This document shows, piece by piece, positions 39,007 to 49,310 of a stretch of 64,000 nucleotides of DNA; the stretch's first letter is position 1; every line of letters starts with the position of its first letter. This stretch comes from a phage. Location of the stretch: the sequence record NC_135728.1; one strand, given 5' to 3'. The position numbers and the translations under genes were made by a program. The notes under the pieces were generated by a model. That model saw only the letters and a list, made by a program, of their open reading frames with translations. It was not told the DNA's origin and searched no databases.

Positions 39007-41604
39007 TTAAAGGTACAATCCACGGTATTGAGCATAAAGGCCCAGACCGCGAAGGATTTCGCCAGAGTGATAGCCAACCGGATCAGAAACTGCCCAGCAG
39101 CCGTTTAAAACATTATCCCCATTAATGAAGTGGTGCTTTTGCAGTAGCTTCACACAGGCCTCTACAACAATATCTATTTGGGGTATTGTCTCTGAATACC
39201 CGCACAGACCTAGCCAGCAGCAACCTGCAAGCCATTCACCTACCACCCACATCCTGTCGCCTCTATCTTGATAAGAATATCCCCCAGAGGTGTTAAAGTC
39301 TGTAGGTAGGTTTCCTGAATGAGATGACTGGAATCTGTTGAGAAACCATGCCCATTTCTGGCAGAACAGGAATAATCTTTCATCAACAGGTTCTTTATGT
39401 TTCTTGAGCTCATAGATTGTGCGGCACGCAGCAACAAAAGATCTTGACTGGAGTTTAGAGTTATCTACCATCTCCCACCAACCAGTCAACCCTTCATTAC
39501 CTCTTTGCCATACATAACGTGAGGCAACTGGACCCTCTGTCTTAAATGTATTATTATACCAGACTTGAGCGTCATACAGAAAGCCTATTGTATTTGACAA
39601 TCTATGGCGATCTATGTTTTCTGCACCCATGCAGTATACTGCTGGGTATTGCATGCCAGGGTAGGGCCAATTTGGCTTTTCCTCTAAGAGATAGTTTTCC
39701 TTATCTATCACCTTTCCGGCAGGGAACACACCTGGTGTGTGCCTGTATGCACCTTGCTTGTAGTTTCTGACATAGCAATCACCAACCTTAGCGGTTGATT
39801 CTGTCTTGCTTGCCATCCATACGCTAAACCATATTAGATAAGCATCCCTATCTGCAATATAGAACTGCGGCAGCGTGTTTACGCAGTACAGATCAAACAA
39901 GCCATTGCCTATCTGCCTGTCGCTTAGGCTGAAATCTACAGAGGTGAGTCCCTTAGGATTAGCAAAGAAAGGTTTAATCTCTTCTTCGGTGTGATGAGGT
40001 TGTGTCGGATCTAGTTTGAAATCTCCTAGAGTAAGAGTTTCTGTTATCCATTGTCCATTAGTGGCATATAGATCAGCATACCATAACCACCTATCTTTGT
40101 CAAGAAATTTGACCCTTACCATCTCATCATCTGATCGATAAGTTACTGAGTTTAAAGAAATCTCTCTCCCAAAATTGAAAGTTACTTTACCTCTTGCTAT
40201 ATTACAACGGGTGAAGTTGTCAGAGTGGTTGTAAATGTCGGTATCATACTGCATACTAACACTAGCGCCACCGCTTACGACAATGTTTTCCTCTTTAGGT
40301 AAGAGATACGGATTACCGTCTTTACCAACTACCTCTACGAAATCAGTAACCTTGGCAACTATTTCTGTTACCTCTGCCCCTCCAAAAGGAACCCCTATCC
40401 TGTACTGTTTTTTGTTATTGTTGCCATCATTAAGGATGAAATGTGGCTGGAACAGAACCCCTTCTCCTCCGAAATTCATAACAATTTCAGCATCTCTGCC
40501 TATTTTGTATGTAGTCCCTTTTTGAATTATTTCGCAAGGCTGGCGTGCGTTCATTCTAAAATTGATATACCCGTCACTGTCCCTGCTCATGGCAGGAACT
40601 GTTCCTGCAACAAGGCAAGTACCATCTGTAAACGGTGCCTTAATCAACGTGGTCTTCCTAAACAGTTTGTCGTAGGCGTTTATATCACTGAAATTAAGCA
40701 ATTTGTTGTAAGACTGTTTAAACGCGGTGTAATACTTTTCCTCACCTGTCAAGGTGTAGAGTTGATAACAAGCGTCACACCACATTTCTTCCCCGTCCAA
40801 CTCTGGGGCCTGATTATCTGCAACCACGTTTATAGGATTTACAATTACAGGGGATCCTGCAGGTATCACCGATCCGCCCTGCTCTTGAGGTAATCTTACA
40901 CAATAGGTCACCTTGTGGCTGCCTGTAACACCCTTATCTTGTAATTGGATTGTGCCGAACTCTACAGACGTATGACCACTGTCGGCTATGCTACCGTTAG
41001 CCCAATAGCGGTTACCATCCCATGCTATGTACCACTCAACCCCCCAACTTAATCCGGATGTTGTCCAATCTGGGTTAGCATCTGTGCCACCGTAAACATC
41101 GGAGTCTACAGTATCTCTTCCTAACACACCGTTATACGCTTGGAATGCCTTGTCAAGGTATTCCCCCCATGTCGGAGATCCAGCTGGGATTTTTCCTCTA
41201 CCGTTGGTAAAAGACACCACCACATCTTTAAACCCACCATGTGATGGAACCCCATCTGTGGATAGAGGGTAGTGGGACAATCTTTGCATTTTACTTTCTA
41301 CTGCATATGCACCCAGAAGATGACTATTGTAAGCTTCCCAAGCATCTTTTGCCCTATCCAGATAGAAATCGCTTTTCGATGCCCTGTATGCTTCAATGTA
41401 TCCCAGAATCAACACAGCTTGGGACTCATGCATTGCCCAATCATTATTTATCTTATTACCTGCCCACCCTGCAGCTATAAGACCATCAGGGTTTACTAAC
41501 TTATTTTGAGTATGGGTGTTGGTAATACCTGTGTTGTTATCGAGGCACTTCCTGTGCCCCTCAATCATCTGAAATACGTTATCAATGTTGTGTTGAATAC
41601 GCAT
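39007..41604 (-). CDS. large tail-associated protein (865 aa), possible depolymerase or receptor-binding protein
   Basis: Large ORF between two fibre genes; aromatic/Gly-rich; no catalytic motif identified. Confidence 0.45.
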   Translation of the reverse strand: MRIQHNIDNVFQMIEGHRKCLDNNTGITNTHTQNKLVNPDGLIAAGWAGNKINNDWAMHESQAVLILGYIEAYRASKSDFYLDRAKDAWEAYNSHLLGAYAVESKMQRLSHYPLSTDGVPSHGGFKDVVVSFTNGRGKIPAGSPTWGEYLDKAFQAYNGVLGRDTVDSDVYGGTDANPDWTTSGLSWGVEWYIAWDGNRYWANGSIADSGHTSVEFGTIQLQDKGVTGSHKVTYCVRLPQEQGGSVIPAGSPVIVNPINVVADNQAPELDGEEMWCDACYQLYTLTGEEKYYTAFKQSYNKLLNFSDINAYDKLFRKTTLIKAPFTDGTCLVAGTVPAMSRDSDGYINFRMNARQPCEIIQKGTTYKIGRDAEIVMNFGGEGVLFQPHFILNDGNNNKKQYRIGVPFGGAEVTEIVAKVTDFVEVVGKDGNPYLLPKEENIVVSGGASVSMQYDTDIYNHSDNFTRCNIARGKVTFNFGREISLNSVTYRSDDEMVRVKFLDKDRWLWYADLYATNGQWITETLTLGDFKLDPTQPHHTEEEIKPFFANPKGLTSVDFSLSDRQIGNGLFDLYCVNTLPQFYIADRDAYLIWFSVWMASKTESTAKVGDCYVRNYKQGAYRHTPGVFPAGKVIDKENYLLEEKPNWPYPGMQYPAVYCMGAENIDRHRLSNTIGFLYDAQVWYNNTFKTEGPVASRYVWQRGNEGLTGWWEMVDNSKLQSRSFVAACRTIYELKKHKEPVDERLFLFCQKWAWFLNRFQSSHSGNLPTDFNTSGGYSYQDRGDRMWVVGEWLAGCCWLGLCGYSETIPQIDIVVEACVKLLQKHHFINGDNVLNGCWAVSDPVGYHSGEILRGLGLYAQYRGLYL

Positions 41605-41605
41605 C

Positions 41606-42274
41606 TTAGATAGCTCCTGCGATAATCAGTGCTCCGTACCAAGTTAACCCGTTGTCGTAGGTTTCCAACTTGAAAATGTCTGTTGCACCAGCTGTAAATG
41701 TTAGGATAGGATCTCTTCCGTAGGCCCATTTAACATTATCAGGCCAATAGACTTTGTTGCCGCCAGCGGTCTGAGTAATGCATACGGTTATAGTTCTCGC
41801 CACCCCTTCAAGACCTTCTGTTTGATTTTCAAAAGAGATTGTGGTATTTGAAGTTAGTCGAACTTTAAAGGTGTCTGCAACTTCAAGATCCATATCAAGC
41901 TGACCACCGATAGATCCGTAATCAACTATCCTGCCAGAAGAAGTTGCAGCAAGCTCACCAAAAACAGACCATGCTTTTGCAGACACACCCCCAGCACCCT
42001 CTACAGTGGAGTCTGGGAGGATTATTTTAGGATAATCCCCGTTCCACGTGTAGTAGCGCTTGGTCTCTGGATCATAGGCAAAGTCCTTCTTGCTCTTAAG
42101 ATAACCACCCTCTGTGAAATAGATTATTTTAGTAATGCTGAGATCGTTGACAACATCATCAATCTTAGCCTTTCTTGTCCCATCAGTCTGGTTGACAACC
42201 AAGAAGTCATCACTCAGGACTGTTTCTGCATCTTCAAGATCTGGAATTGGTATTGTAGGATAAGCTACAGCCAT
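41606..42274 (-). CDS. tail fibre protein with conserved N-terminal anchor (222 aa)
   Basis: N-terminus DDFLVVNQTDGTRKAKIDDVV ... EGGYL ... DFAY matches the 34532-38971 N-terminus. Confidence 0.55.
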   Translation of the reverse strand: MAVAYPTIPIPDLEDAETVLSDDFLVVNQTDGTRKAKIDDVVNDLSITKIIYFTEGGYLKSKKDFAYDPETKRYYTWNGDYPKIILPDSTVEGAGGVSAKAWSVFGELAATSSGRIVDYGSIGGQLDMDLEVADTFKVRLTSNTTISFENQTEGLEGVARTITVCITQTAGGNKVYWPDNVKWAYGRDPILTFTAGATDIFKLETYDNGLTWYGALIIAGAI

Positions 42275-42283
42275 GATTTCTCC

Positions 42284-43000
42284 TTAGTTAACATCAATAG
42301 CACGACCAGACTGGTTGGCAATAGCCTCATCATTGGAGGTAGCAATAACACCAGAGTATTCGCGCTCATCTGGAGCAAGCGTCCAGGTATTGCGGTTAAT
42401 GGTTTGTTCTGCCTCAGTCATCAGCAGATCTTTATCCTGAGTCAACAGAGAGCCTACAGGGATCGGGTTTTCCATCTCAGGACCAGCATACTGGTTCCAC
42501 CATGTGGCATCTCCGGTTCTAGGCAATCTGAAGTTAATCAGGTAGTACAGTTTATTAGCCCACTTAATCCAACCTTCATCATCACAGAGAGAGGTTGTCC
42601 CAGAATCAGGCTGTGGGTAGGTAAACTGATCAAGACCTACGAAAGCCAGCCTTACAATCTCGTTCTCTTTGGTAACAACCTCAAAGAACGCTTGGTATGT
42701 TCTCGATCTTCGATCCATAGTAGACTGGAAGTTTATGATGTTTAGCACATCCGGCTCTTGTCTTGCCACTTCCATGATCTTGTTATCAAGAACAGTCTTC
42801 ATGACCTTCTTACTGAGAAAGTCCATATAAGGGAAGCCAAACAACTCGTCAAAGTACCAGCTCCCCTTCCACGTATTAAACCTCATCCACAAGCGCTGGC
42901 GCAGACTTACCTGGTTTGAATCTATCAACTCAAGACCTTTGTCTATCGCCAAATCGCCTGTCTGTGGGTCCATCAATATATCACTATAAAGCGTAGCCAT
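42284..43000 (-). CDS. baseplate protein (238 aa)
   Basis: Positional call. Confidence 0.4.
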   Translation of the reverse strand: MATLYSDILMDPQTGDLAIDKGLELIDSNQVSLRQRLWMRFNTWKGSWYFDELFGFPYMDFLSKKVMKTVLDNKIMEVARQEPDVLNIINFQSTMDRRSRTYQAFFEVVTKENEIVRLAFVGLDQFTYPQPDSGTTSLCDDEGWIKWANKLYYLINFRLPRTGDATWWNQYAGPEMENPIPVGSLLTQDKDLLMTEAEQTINRNTWTLAPDEREYSGVIATSNDEAIANQSGRAIDVN

Positions 43001-43012
43001 GAAAGCCCTCTA

Positions 43013-43690
43013 TTAGTGCGGTCCACTTGTCTCGCCATCAGGGCAAGAGTGGGTATGACCTTTATATTCTGCATAGAATGAATCCAAATCCACACCAGCA
43101 GCAGTTATAATTCTACCAGATGGGTCTATTGTGGCACCATTCATTCTGATATTTCCATCCACAGCAGCTCGCAAATTGGCAGCACCGTTAGTGAAAGAGA
43201 ACTCCCCGCTGCTGTCGCACCGTAATGTCCCACCAGGTGTTTGAAGCTCAAAATCGCCAGAAGGTGTCAGTTTAAAATAAACCCTATCATTCCATAACTC
43301 TACGTTATCAGGATCGATCTGTAAAGCGTTCGAGTCTGAATGAACAGAGGTGATTGCCCACCCAGGAAACAGGCCGTGAGTTTGTTGATCATCGTTATTG
43401 TTTTCATTTCTCTCTGAAAACTGCAATCCTACAACATCTCCAGCCTTAATAGGAAGTGTTAACCTTGCCTTTCCGCTGTTTGCAGACATCACCTGAATTG
43501 GAACGTCATAGATAAGAGGGTATCTCTCTACATCCCCGTCATCAAACGTAGTTTCAGCTATTGGCTGCACGGCTGCAGAAGGTATACTGTAGTCTACACT
43601 GACAACCCTGGCCCTGATACTGGTGTGGTAGTCCCTCATTATTTTTTCTATAAAAGATCTTACAGCAGCATCTTTCCTATTTATTGCCAT
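43013..43690 (-). CDS. baseplate central spike protein (gpV/gp5-like) with metal-binding apex (225 aa)
   Basis: C-terminal His/Cys cluster YKGHTHSCPDGETSGPH resembles the spike-tip metal site of contractile-tail spikes. Confidence 0.5.
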   Translation of the reverse strand: MAINRKDAAVRSFIEKIMRDYHTSIRARVVSVDYSIPSAAVQPIAETTFDDGDVERYPLIYDVPIQVMSANSGKARLTLPIKAGDVVGLQFSERNENNNDDQQTHGLFPGWAITSVHSDSNALQIDPDNVELWNDRVYFKLTPSGDFELQTPGGTLRCDSSGEFSFTNGAANLRAAVDGNIRMNGATIDPSGRIITAAGVDLDSFYAEYKGHTHSCPDGETSGPH

Positions 43691-44694
43691 TATACCTCCT
43701 CAGTTTTGTCAACAACTCCACCCACTGTTTCCCCAAGGCCAAGCTCTGTAGTGTAATCACCACCTTCTATGGTGCCCTTATGATGCACCGTGATCACCTT
43801 ATAGAAGCCTGTATATTGCTTGCTTTTAAGATAAATAGTGGACTCTGGGAGGATAGCTCCGTTAAGGCATGTGGTTACAGTAAGGCCAACATCCTCTCTC
43901 GGGTTTTTCTTTTTCTTTTTAGATGTCGAACCACCTTTGGCAGCAGCTTTAGCTCTTCGTTTTTTAGCAGGTTCTGGGTTTTTAGGAGTAGGAGATCCGT
44001 GCATCCCAGACTCTGCACTTATTTCAAACACAGAGTCCTTGAACCTTTTTCCAACCTTGGTCCAATACAAAGCCCCATCCTGAACGCTAAATGTTGAGTT
44101 GGTCAGCCTTGCAAACCTGCGGAGGTTCTCTGCAGTGTTTCCAGAGAAAGCCATAGAGTATTGCAAAGTCTGGTTTCCAAAACCAACAACCCTACCCTTT
44201 GGCAAGTTCATATCCTTCAGTAGGTCATTAAGCACAGAGTTCAGAGGTGTGCCTTTCTGATAAGATCTTGTGCTTTGGCACTTAATGATGTTCTCAGTGC
44301 CATCCCCAAAGATGAACTTAGTTTTTCTGGTCGGACCTTCCCATCTGTCTTCAACAAACTCCACAGTTCCGGAGAATATCAACTGGTTCTCATTATCATA
44401 GCCAGCTTCAAACATAACTGCAAGGGCATCAGCCTGATGCATATCCAAATAGTTAACTGTATCGTCAGACAGGTTGTAAACTGTCACATAACCTTTGTTT
44501 GGCTCTTTGGTATTGTCCTTTTGTATGTCAAACTCTATATTGGCAGCACCAGTGTCCGAGCTAACTTCATAAACTCCGGAATCACTCTCCCCTTTCTTTT
44601 CAACAGATTTTGGGATATTGGTTTTTGATTTGCCGCCATGTTCTACAGGACGACCAAACAATAATCGCCATGTTCTACGTCTGTACTCTGCCAT
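43690..44694 (-). CDS. baseplate/tail protein with Lys-rich segment (334 aa)
   Basis: ATGA coupling; internal KKRRAKAAAKGGSTSKKKKK tract. Confidence 0.45.
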   Translation of the reverse strand: MAEYRRRTWRLLFGRPVEHGGKSKTNIPKSVEKKGESDSGVYEVSSDTGAANIEFDIQKDNTKEPNKGYVTVYNLSDDTVNYLDMHQADALAVMFEAGYDNENQLIFSGTVEFVEDRWEGPTRKTKFIFGDGTENIIKCQSTRSYQKGTPLNSVLNDLLKDMNLPKGRVVGFGNQTLQYSMAFSGNTAENLRRFARLTNSTFSVQDGALYWTKVGKRFKDSVFEISAESGMHGSPTPKNPEPAKKRRAKAAAKGGSTSKKKKKNPREDVGLTVTTCLNGAILPESTIYLKSKQYTGFYKVITVHHKGTIEGGDYTTELGLGETVGGVVDKTEEV

Positions 44695-45074
44695 TATTCT
44701 AACCCTTGCTGTTCCTTGTAAAGATCAACCGGGGTGCCGTATACAAGCTGTAGCTCAGATCTCGCCCCAAGGTTATATCTTCCAACCCTGCCCCAATATT
44801 GATCGTCTTTAAACGACAGCGCCATCAGTCTACCTTTCGGTAAATCATCTCTGTAATGCAGTCCGTCTAAAATATCTTGACAAGCTGTTACTTTTCTGGT
44901 TACTAAAGGGCTGTCACCTACTGGACCAAGAGATAACCACCAGGACTCATCCCTCTCATTCCATTGCATACGCATTTCATACGTTTCATTGTCTAAAACA
45001 ACACGCATGGTTTGATCAGGAAAGCCATCAATGTCCCACACAAAAGTGATTACACACCAATCTTTAAGCTCCAT
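44694..45074 (-). CDS. tail protein (126 aa)
   Basis: ATGA-coupled. Confidence 0.4.
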   Translation of the reverse strand: MELKDWCVITFVWDIDGFPDQTMRVVLDNETYEMRMQWNERDESWWLSLGPVGDSPLVTRKVTACQDILDGLHYRDDLPKGRLMALSFKDDQYWGRVGRYNLGARSELQLVYGTPVDLYKEQQGLE

Positions 45075-45085
45075 TGCTGTTCCCC

Positions 45086-45997
45086 TTATTTTCCGTTAAC
45101 TTTGTCGTAGTTTCCCTGCTCTGACGGAACTATAGTGGAAGGTCTTCCATATTCCTGATAGTACCAATCGGCAGCGGACTGGGTAACACCGTTTTCATCT
45201 GTCCACATCATAGACTTGTATGGCTGCCACTCTTCTGCAGCATTTGTGGATGCAGTGTCTGCAAATGCCCCTGTATCTCTCTTGTTACCTACATTACTAC
45301 CATTCTTACAATCGTTGACAGCACCTTTTTGCTGGGTCTTCCCAACTTTTTTAGGATTGCTGTACACTGTTGCATTAACAACTTTGTTCAAGTAAAATGT
45401 GCGGAATTCTGTAAGTTCTACATCAAACACCATTGCAGCTCCTTCACCAACAGACTTGTTGGCAGAAAGGCTGGTTATGATATAGTTCTCAAGGAGTCTC
45501 TCCTCGGTAACCAAGGAAACCAACTGTCGCTTATTGATAATCTCAGTCAAAGCCTCCAATGCAGCTCCTGGTCTCATAGATGCTGCAGGGTTTTTAGAGT
45601 CAGTATTCCTATCAATGTAGTTTTGCTCATAAATTATATGTGGGGATGTATTTACCCTGCCAGTAAAAGAAAATACACCATCTTTAATTACAGCGTGGTC
45701 TGACATGGTAGATTTATCTTCCACTGCAAAACCAGTTTTATCAACAGAATGTTTGAAAGAATAGTTCTCAACCTGGTCGAAGATAATGGCAAGATCGTTA
45801 GTAAAGTTTTTACCCTTCATCTCCGTATTGCGACCACCATAGTTAAGACCGCTGACAAACATAGTGTACTTTACATCACCTTCAGTTTGCTGCTCAGCCT
45901 TTTCAGCCTTTGGAGACTTAACCTCTTGAGGCTTGTACAGATCTTTTTCATCAACTATATTATTTGGCATAACCTCTCCAGGACACTCCGATACCAT
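45086..45997 (-). CDS. tail protein (303 aa)
   Basis: Immediately downstream of the tape measure gene; an alternative start with GGAGAGG RBS lies near 45970. Confidence 0.45.
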   Translation of the reverse strand: MVSECPGEVMPNNIVDEKDLYKPQEVKSPKAEKAEQQTEGDVKYTMFVSGLNYGGRNTEMKGKNFTNDLAIIFDQVENYSFKHSVDKTGFAVEDKSTMSDHAVIKDGVFSFTGRVNTSPHIIYEQNYIDRNTDSKNPAASMRPGAALEALTEIINKRQLVSLVTEERLLENYIITSLSANKSVGEGAAMVFDVELTEFRTFYLNKVVNATVYSNPKKVGKTQQKGAVNDCKNGSNVGNKRDTGAFADTASTNAAEEWQPYKSMMWTDENGVTQSAADWYYQEYGRPSTIVPSEQGNYDKVNGK

Positions 45998-46037
45998 TTA
46001 GATATTGTATCATAAAATAGCTGTTTTTACAACACCG

Positions 46038-46066
46038 ATAAAAATAAAGGGGGCCGGAGCCCCCCC
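46038..46066 (-). terminator. intrinsic terminator after the tape measure gene
   Basis: GGGGGC-loop-GCCCCC hairpin followed by UUUAUUUUUAU. Confidence 0.5.
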
Positions 46067-46074
46067 GCAGTTTA

Positions 46075-48414
46075 TTACCAAAGATCTGTTGACATAAAGT
46101 TAATATCTTTGCTATTCTCCCACTCAAGTTTTGCATCAAGTATTTTGCTAAACTCACCTTCATCTATAGAAATGGTGATTTTACCATCGCTGATCTCCAA
46201 AGGTAACATTTCCATGGTTCTCAGTTGAGAGGCAAAACCAGGGCCACCAGGTAGCGGAAGGGTTCCACCAGGTAAAGTGTCTAGAGGATTAACAAACCCG
46301 TTGCCACCCGATACTATATCTTTGCGGATCATGTCACTAATAGTATCCAGCTGTTGATTTCTCTCACTGAAAGGGTTGAAACGATCATTAACCATAGCCC
46401 CAGCACTCAATAATGTCCCAAGTATCCCCAACTTACCTAACATACCGGTACCTTTGATGCCTGGTGCTTTTATTCCACCACCTTTTCCTGCTGCGCCACC
46501 TACAGAACCCCCTGTGGTGATGGCACCAGCGCCAGCAGCTCCAGCTGCACCTTTCAGGGTGCTAAGGAACTTAAAAGTTTTTACAAGCATGGATGCCATG
46601 ACAAACCCTTTTGTAAGAGCGTGCACTACCAGCATAATGGCAGCAGCATACCCTGCCCATTTGGCAGTGCTGAAGGTGTCATGCAGCTCTTCGGAATACT
46701 CCTTCGTCTTAGCTGTTATGAACCCCCATTTGATGCCCCACTCAAGGAAAAACAGGCGGATCTTAACTATAGTGTTGTTTAGCTCACCAACAACCCAGTT
46801 AAGGCCTCTAATAAATCCGCTAACAAAATCACCTGAGGCATCCCACACAAATTGCAGAGTCTCACCTGTGCGGATCAAGGTGTAGTAGAACTCTGTCAAT
46901 TCATCTGCCCAACGGGTGAACAGTTTCTGACGAGACAGTTCTATGAAGGTTTTCAGTCTGTTTTCTGCCAGTACGTTAGACTTCTGCATTCTTTCATAAC
47001 CAGCTGCAGATGCCTCGTTCATGTACTTAGCCACATACTTCATGATCTTAGCTGTTTTAACCTCACCTTTCTTCATCATATCCATGAACTGATCCATGGA
47101 GAGTTCAGAAAGACCAAAAGCCTCTTTGGTGGCCTTGATAAAAGGTTCGTATGCACCAGGTAATGCTTCAGCAAGTTGTTGCTTCAGTTCTTCGGACATT
47201 ACTTGTCCCTTGCCTAGCATCTGTTGGATTGCCATGATACCACGCTGGTATTTTACCTCATCGGCACCATAAGCAGCAGCATACTGGGAGTATGCAGAGA
47301 ACAGCTCATGAACCTCCTGATTTGTCATCTGGTTTTTGGCGTTTACCGCCATCTGGGCGTAACCTTGAAGACCAGATTTGAGATCAAAACCAAGACGCAT
47401 AGCCTCTTGCTGGACAAACGCAACCTCACTGTTGGCTTTGTTTGGATCTCCAGTAACAGCAGTAAGAGCAGCACTTGCACCCTCCATCATGTGACCGGAT
47501 CTGTTAACAGCAGTAAATCCAGAAAAAGCCGTATACGCAGCTGTTGCATTAATAACAGATCTACGTAAGTCTCTCATGGCATCGCCTAGTGTAAGCGTTT
47601 GGTTGGTGGCGCTTTTAAACCCAGACTGCAGCGCTGACAGGTGGGCGTTAAAGGTTGACTTCTTCATCTCCCCGCGAGCAAACCTGGACTCTAACTCTGA
47701 GTATCCTGGCAAGCTTCCACGGAATCCGGCCCCATACTTGGCAGAAAGTCTTATCGCGGAGTTGTAGAGGTGGGTTCTCCTTGCCTCACGATCCGACATA
47801 AGCTTATTATCCATACCAGCTTTACTGTCTCTTCTTAGCTGTCTATGATAACGATTCATAGCGGCTGTCTGAGCTTTCACAAGGTTAGGGTCGGAAGCCA
47901 CACCACCCATATTAGGGTTACCGGGGATATATTTGAAAGATTTGGCATTAGCCAAAACTCTTGCCTTAGGTGCCTTATAACCACCGTAAGACACTGGTGC
48001 AGATTTGGCAGCCTTTTTGGCCTCTTTAGCTTGCTGCTGGTAGAACTTACGCATCCTAGCCATTTCTGGATTTTTAGCGGTAAGATTACCTACAGCTTGT
48101 TTACGTCTCGCATTCTCCCTACGTTCTATTGCAGCCCTTACTGCAGCCTCTTTCTTGGCCTGTGCTACGCTCTCTCTGTGCAGTTTAGCATTTGCCTGAG
48201 ATTGCTGTCTGGCAACCCTCTGCATTGTCTGCTGGGTTTTAACAGCTACCGCCTGCCATCTACTCATGGGGTTGGCTGAGTTAAAATCCTCGCCCAGTTT
48301 CCTGAACTCCCTCCCAATACTGCGAATTTTCTCTACAGCTTTTTTGTAGGAGGAGTTCTCTATCTCAAAGCCAATCTTGTTGACTGTTGTGGCAACTATT
48401 TTGTTTGTAGCCAT
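46075..48414 (-). CDS. tail tape measure protein (779 aa)
   Basis: Long helical, Ala/Gln/Lys-rich protein with C-terminal Gly-rich hydrophobic segment (GAAGAAGAGAITTGGSVGGAAGKGGG); sits after the tail chaperones. Confidence 0.7.
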   Translation of the reverse strand: MATNKIVATTVNKIGFEIENSSYKKAVEKIRSIGREFRKLGEDFNSANPMSRWQAVAVKTQQTMQRVARQQSQANAKLHRESVAQAKKEAAVRAAIERRENARRKQAVGNLTAKNPEMARMRKFYQQQAKEAKKAAKSAPVSYGGYKAPKARVLANAKSFKYIPGNPNMGGVASDPNLVKAQTAAMNRYHRQLRRDSKAGMDNKLMSDREARRTHLYNSAIRLSAKYGAGFRGSLPGYSELESRFARGEMKKSTFNAHLSALQSGFKSATNQTLTLGDAMRDLRRSVINATAAYTAFSGFTAVNRSGHMMEGASAALTAVTGDPNKANSEVAFVQQEAMRLGFDLKSGLQGYAQMAVNAKNQMTNQEVHELFSAYSQYAAAYGADEVKYQRGIMAIQQMLGKGQVMSEELKQQLAEALPGAYEPFIKATKEAFGLSELSMDQFMDMMKKGEVKTAKIMKYVAKYMNEASAAGYERMQKSNVLAENRLKTFIELSRQKLFTRWADELTEFYYTLIRTGETLQFVWDASGDFVSGFIRGLNWVVGELNNTIVKIRLFFLEWGIKWGFITAKTKEYSEELHDTFSTAKWAGYAAAIMLVVHALTKGFVMASMLVKTFKFLSTLKGAAGAAGAGAITTGGSVGGAAGKGGGIKAPGIKGTGMLGKLGILGTLLSAGAMVNDRFNPFSERNQQLDTISDMIRKDIVSGGNGFVNPLDTLPGGTLPLPGGPGFASQLRTMEMLPLEISDGKITISIDEGEFSKILDAKLEWENSKDINFMSTDLW

Positions 48415-48468
48415 GGTTTCCTCATAATAAAAAGGGCCAGATCCCAGAAAAGGAATCCGGCCCTTAGA

Positions 48469-48717
48469 TTATCCTCTCCTGCGCTTAGCTTTCGCAGCAG
48501 CTGCGGCAGCCTTCTGCTCCCGCTCCATTTCCCTGTTTTGGACGGTATCTAGGAATTCTTCGATATCAAGATACTCACAGAGCTTCAGGAAATACGCCAT
48601 ATCTGCAAGATTTAGCGATTCAAAATTTTCCCCTTTGAAATTCTTGAGCACTCTGCACCAAAGAAAGTCGAACCAGTTGAGTGAACTGTTCTTGGCTGCC
48701 CACTCACTGGCCCTCAC
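48469..48717 (-). CDS. tail assembly chaperone, -1 frame extension ORF (T part of G-T)
   Basis: Lies in the -1 frame relative to 48729-49202 and is open back to the slippery site; GTG is only the first in-frame start in the track. Confidence 0.45.
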   Translation of the reverse strand: MRASEWAAKNSSLNWFDFLWCRVLKNFKGENFESLNLADMAYFLKLCEYLDIEEFLDTVQNREMEREQKAAAAAAKAKRRRG

Positions 48718-48728
48718 AACAACCTTGC

Positions 48729-49202
48729 TTATTCCTGCTCTTCCGGAGTCTGATCCAGGTTGTTCACCTGCTGAATCATACCCATCTGCTGTAACATCTC
48801 CAGAAGGCTTCCTAAACCGTCTTGTGTGAAAAAACAGCCGTAGTTAACCTCCAGAACCTTACCTGCCAGCTTAATCATCTCCAGCAGATGCCCTGCAAAC
48901 ACAACATCTGGGTTAAGCTTATCCACACCATCTACGGTAATATCTTCGAACAAGATTTTAAATAACTCTTCAATAGAGCTATCATCAAGTTCTTGGAACA
49001 GGTAAGCCAGGGCAGTAGGAAGGACCTCTGCCATATTCTGACCGCCTGAGATAATAGATCCACCGATAGCACCTAGCGGAACAGCCACAATCTTACCGAT
49101 TTTAGGCATGTTTTTCATTGCTTTCATCGGTCCCCAGTGGGTGATCACAAAGTTGTGCCCTGCTAAATCAATCTCTGTTGTAGGTCTAAAGTTTATAGCC
49201 AT
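48729..49202 (-). CDS. tail assembly chaperone (G-like, 157 aa)
   Basis: Position between tube-like and tape measure genes; contains the heptamer T_TTT_TTC about 35 codons before its stop. Confidence 0.55.
   Translation of the reverse strand: MAINFRPTTEIDLAGHNFVITHWGPMKAMKNMPKIGKIVAVPLGAIGGSIISGGQNMAEVLPTALAYLFQELDDSSIEELFKILFEDITVDGVDKLNPDVVFAGHLLEMIKLAGKVLEVNYGCFFTQDGLGSLLEMLQQMGMIQQVNNLDQTPEEQE
48828..48834 (-). other. candidate -1 programmed ribosomal frameshift site (U_UUU_UUC)
   Basis: In-frame slippery heptamer in the chaperone ORF; the -1 frame is open from here through 48469. Confidence 0.45.
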
Positions 49203-49245
49203 TTTATAGCATCCTTATTAGTCATGTTGTGCACCATATTTGTGT

Positions 49246-49274
49246 ATTTTACCATGATTATGGTGCATTGTCAA
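49246..49274 (-). promoter_or_regulatory. sigma70-like promoter with extended -10 (TTGACA-N14-TGGTAAAATA)
   Basis: Consensus -35, 17-bp spacer and TGGTAAAATA, upstream of the chaperone and tape measure genes. Confidence 0.55.
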
Positions 49275-49310
49275 TTTAACCTTTCAAGCAATTCAAGAAC
49301 GTGTGTCAAA

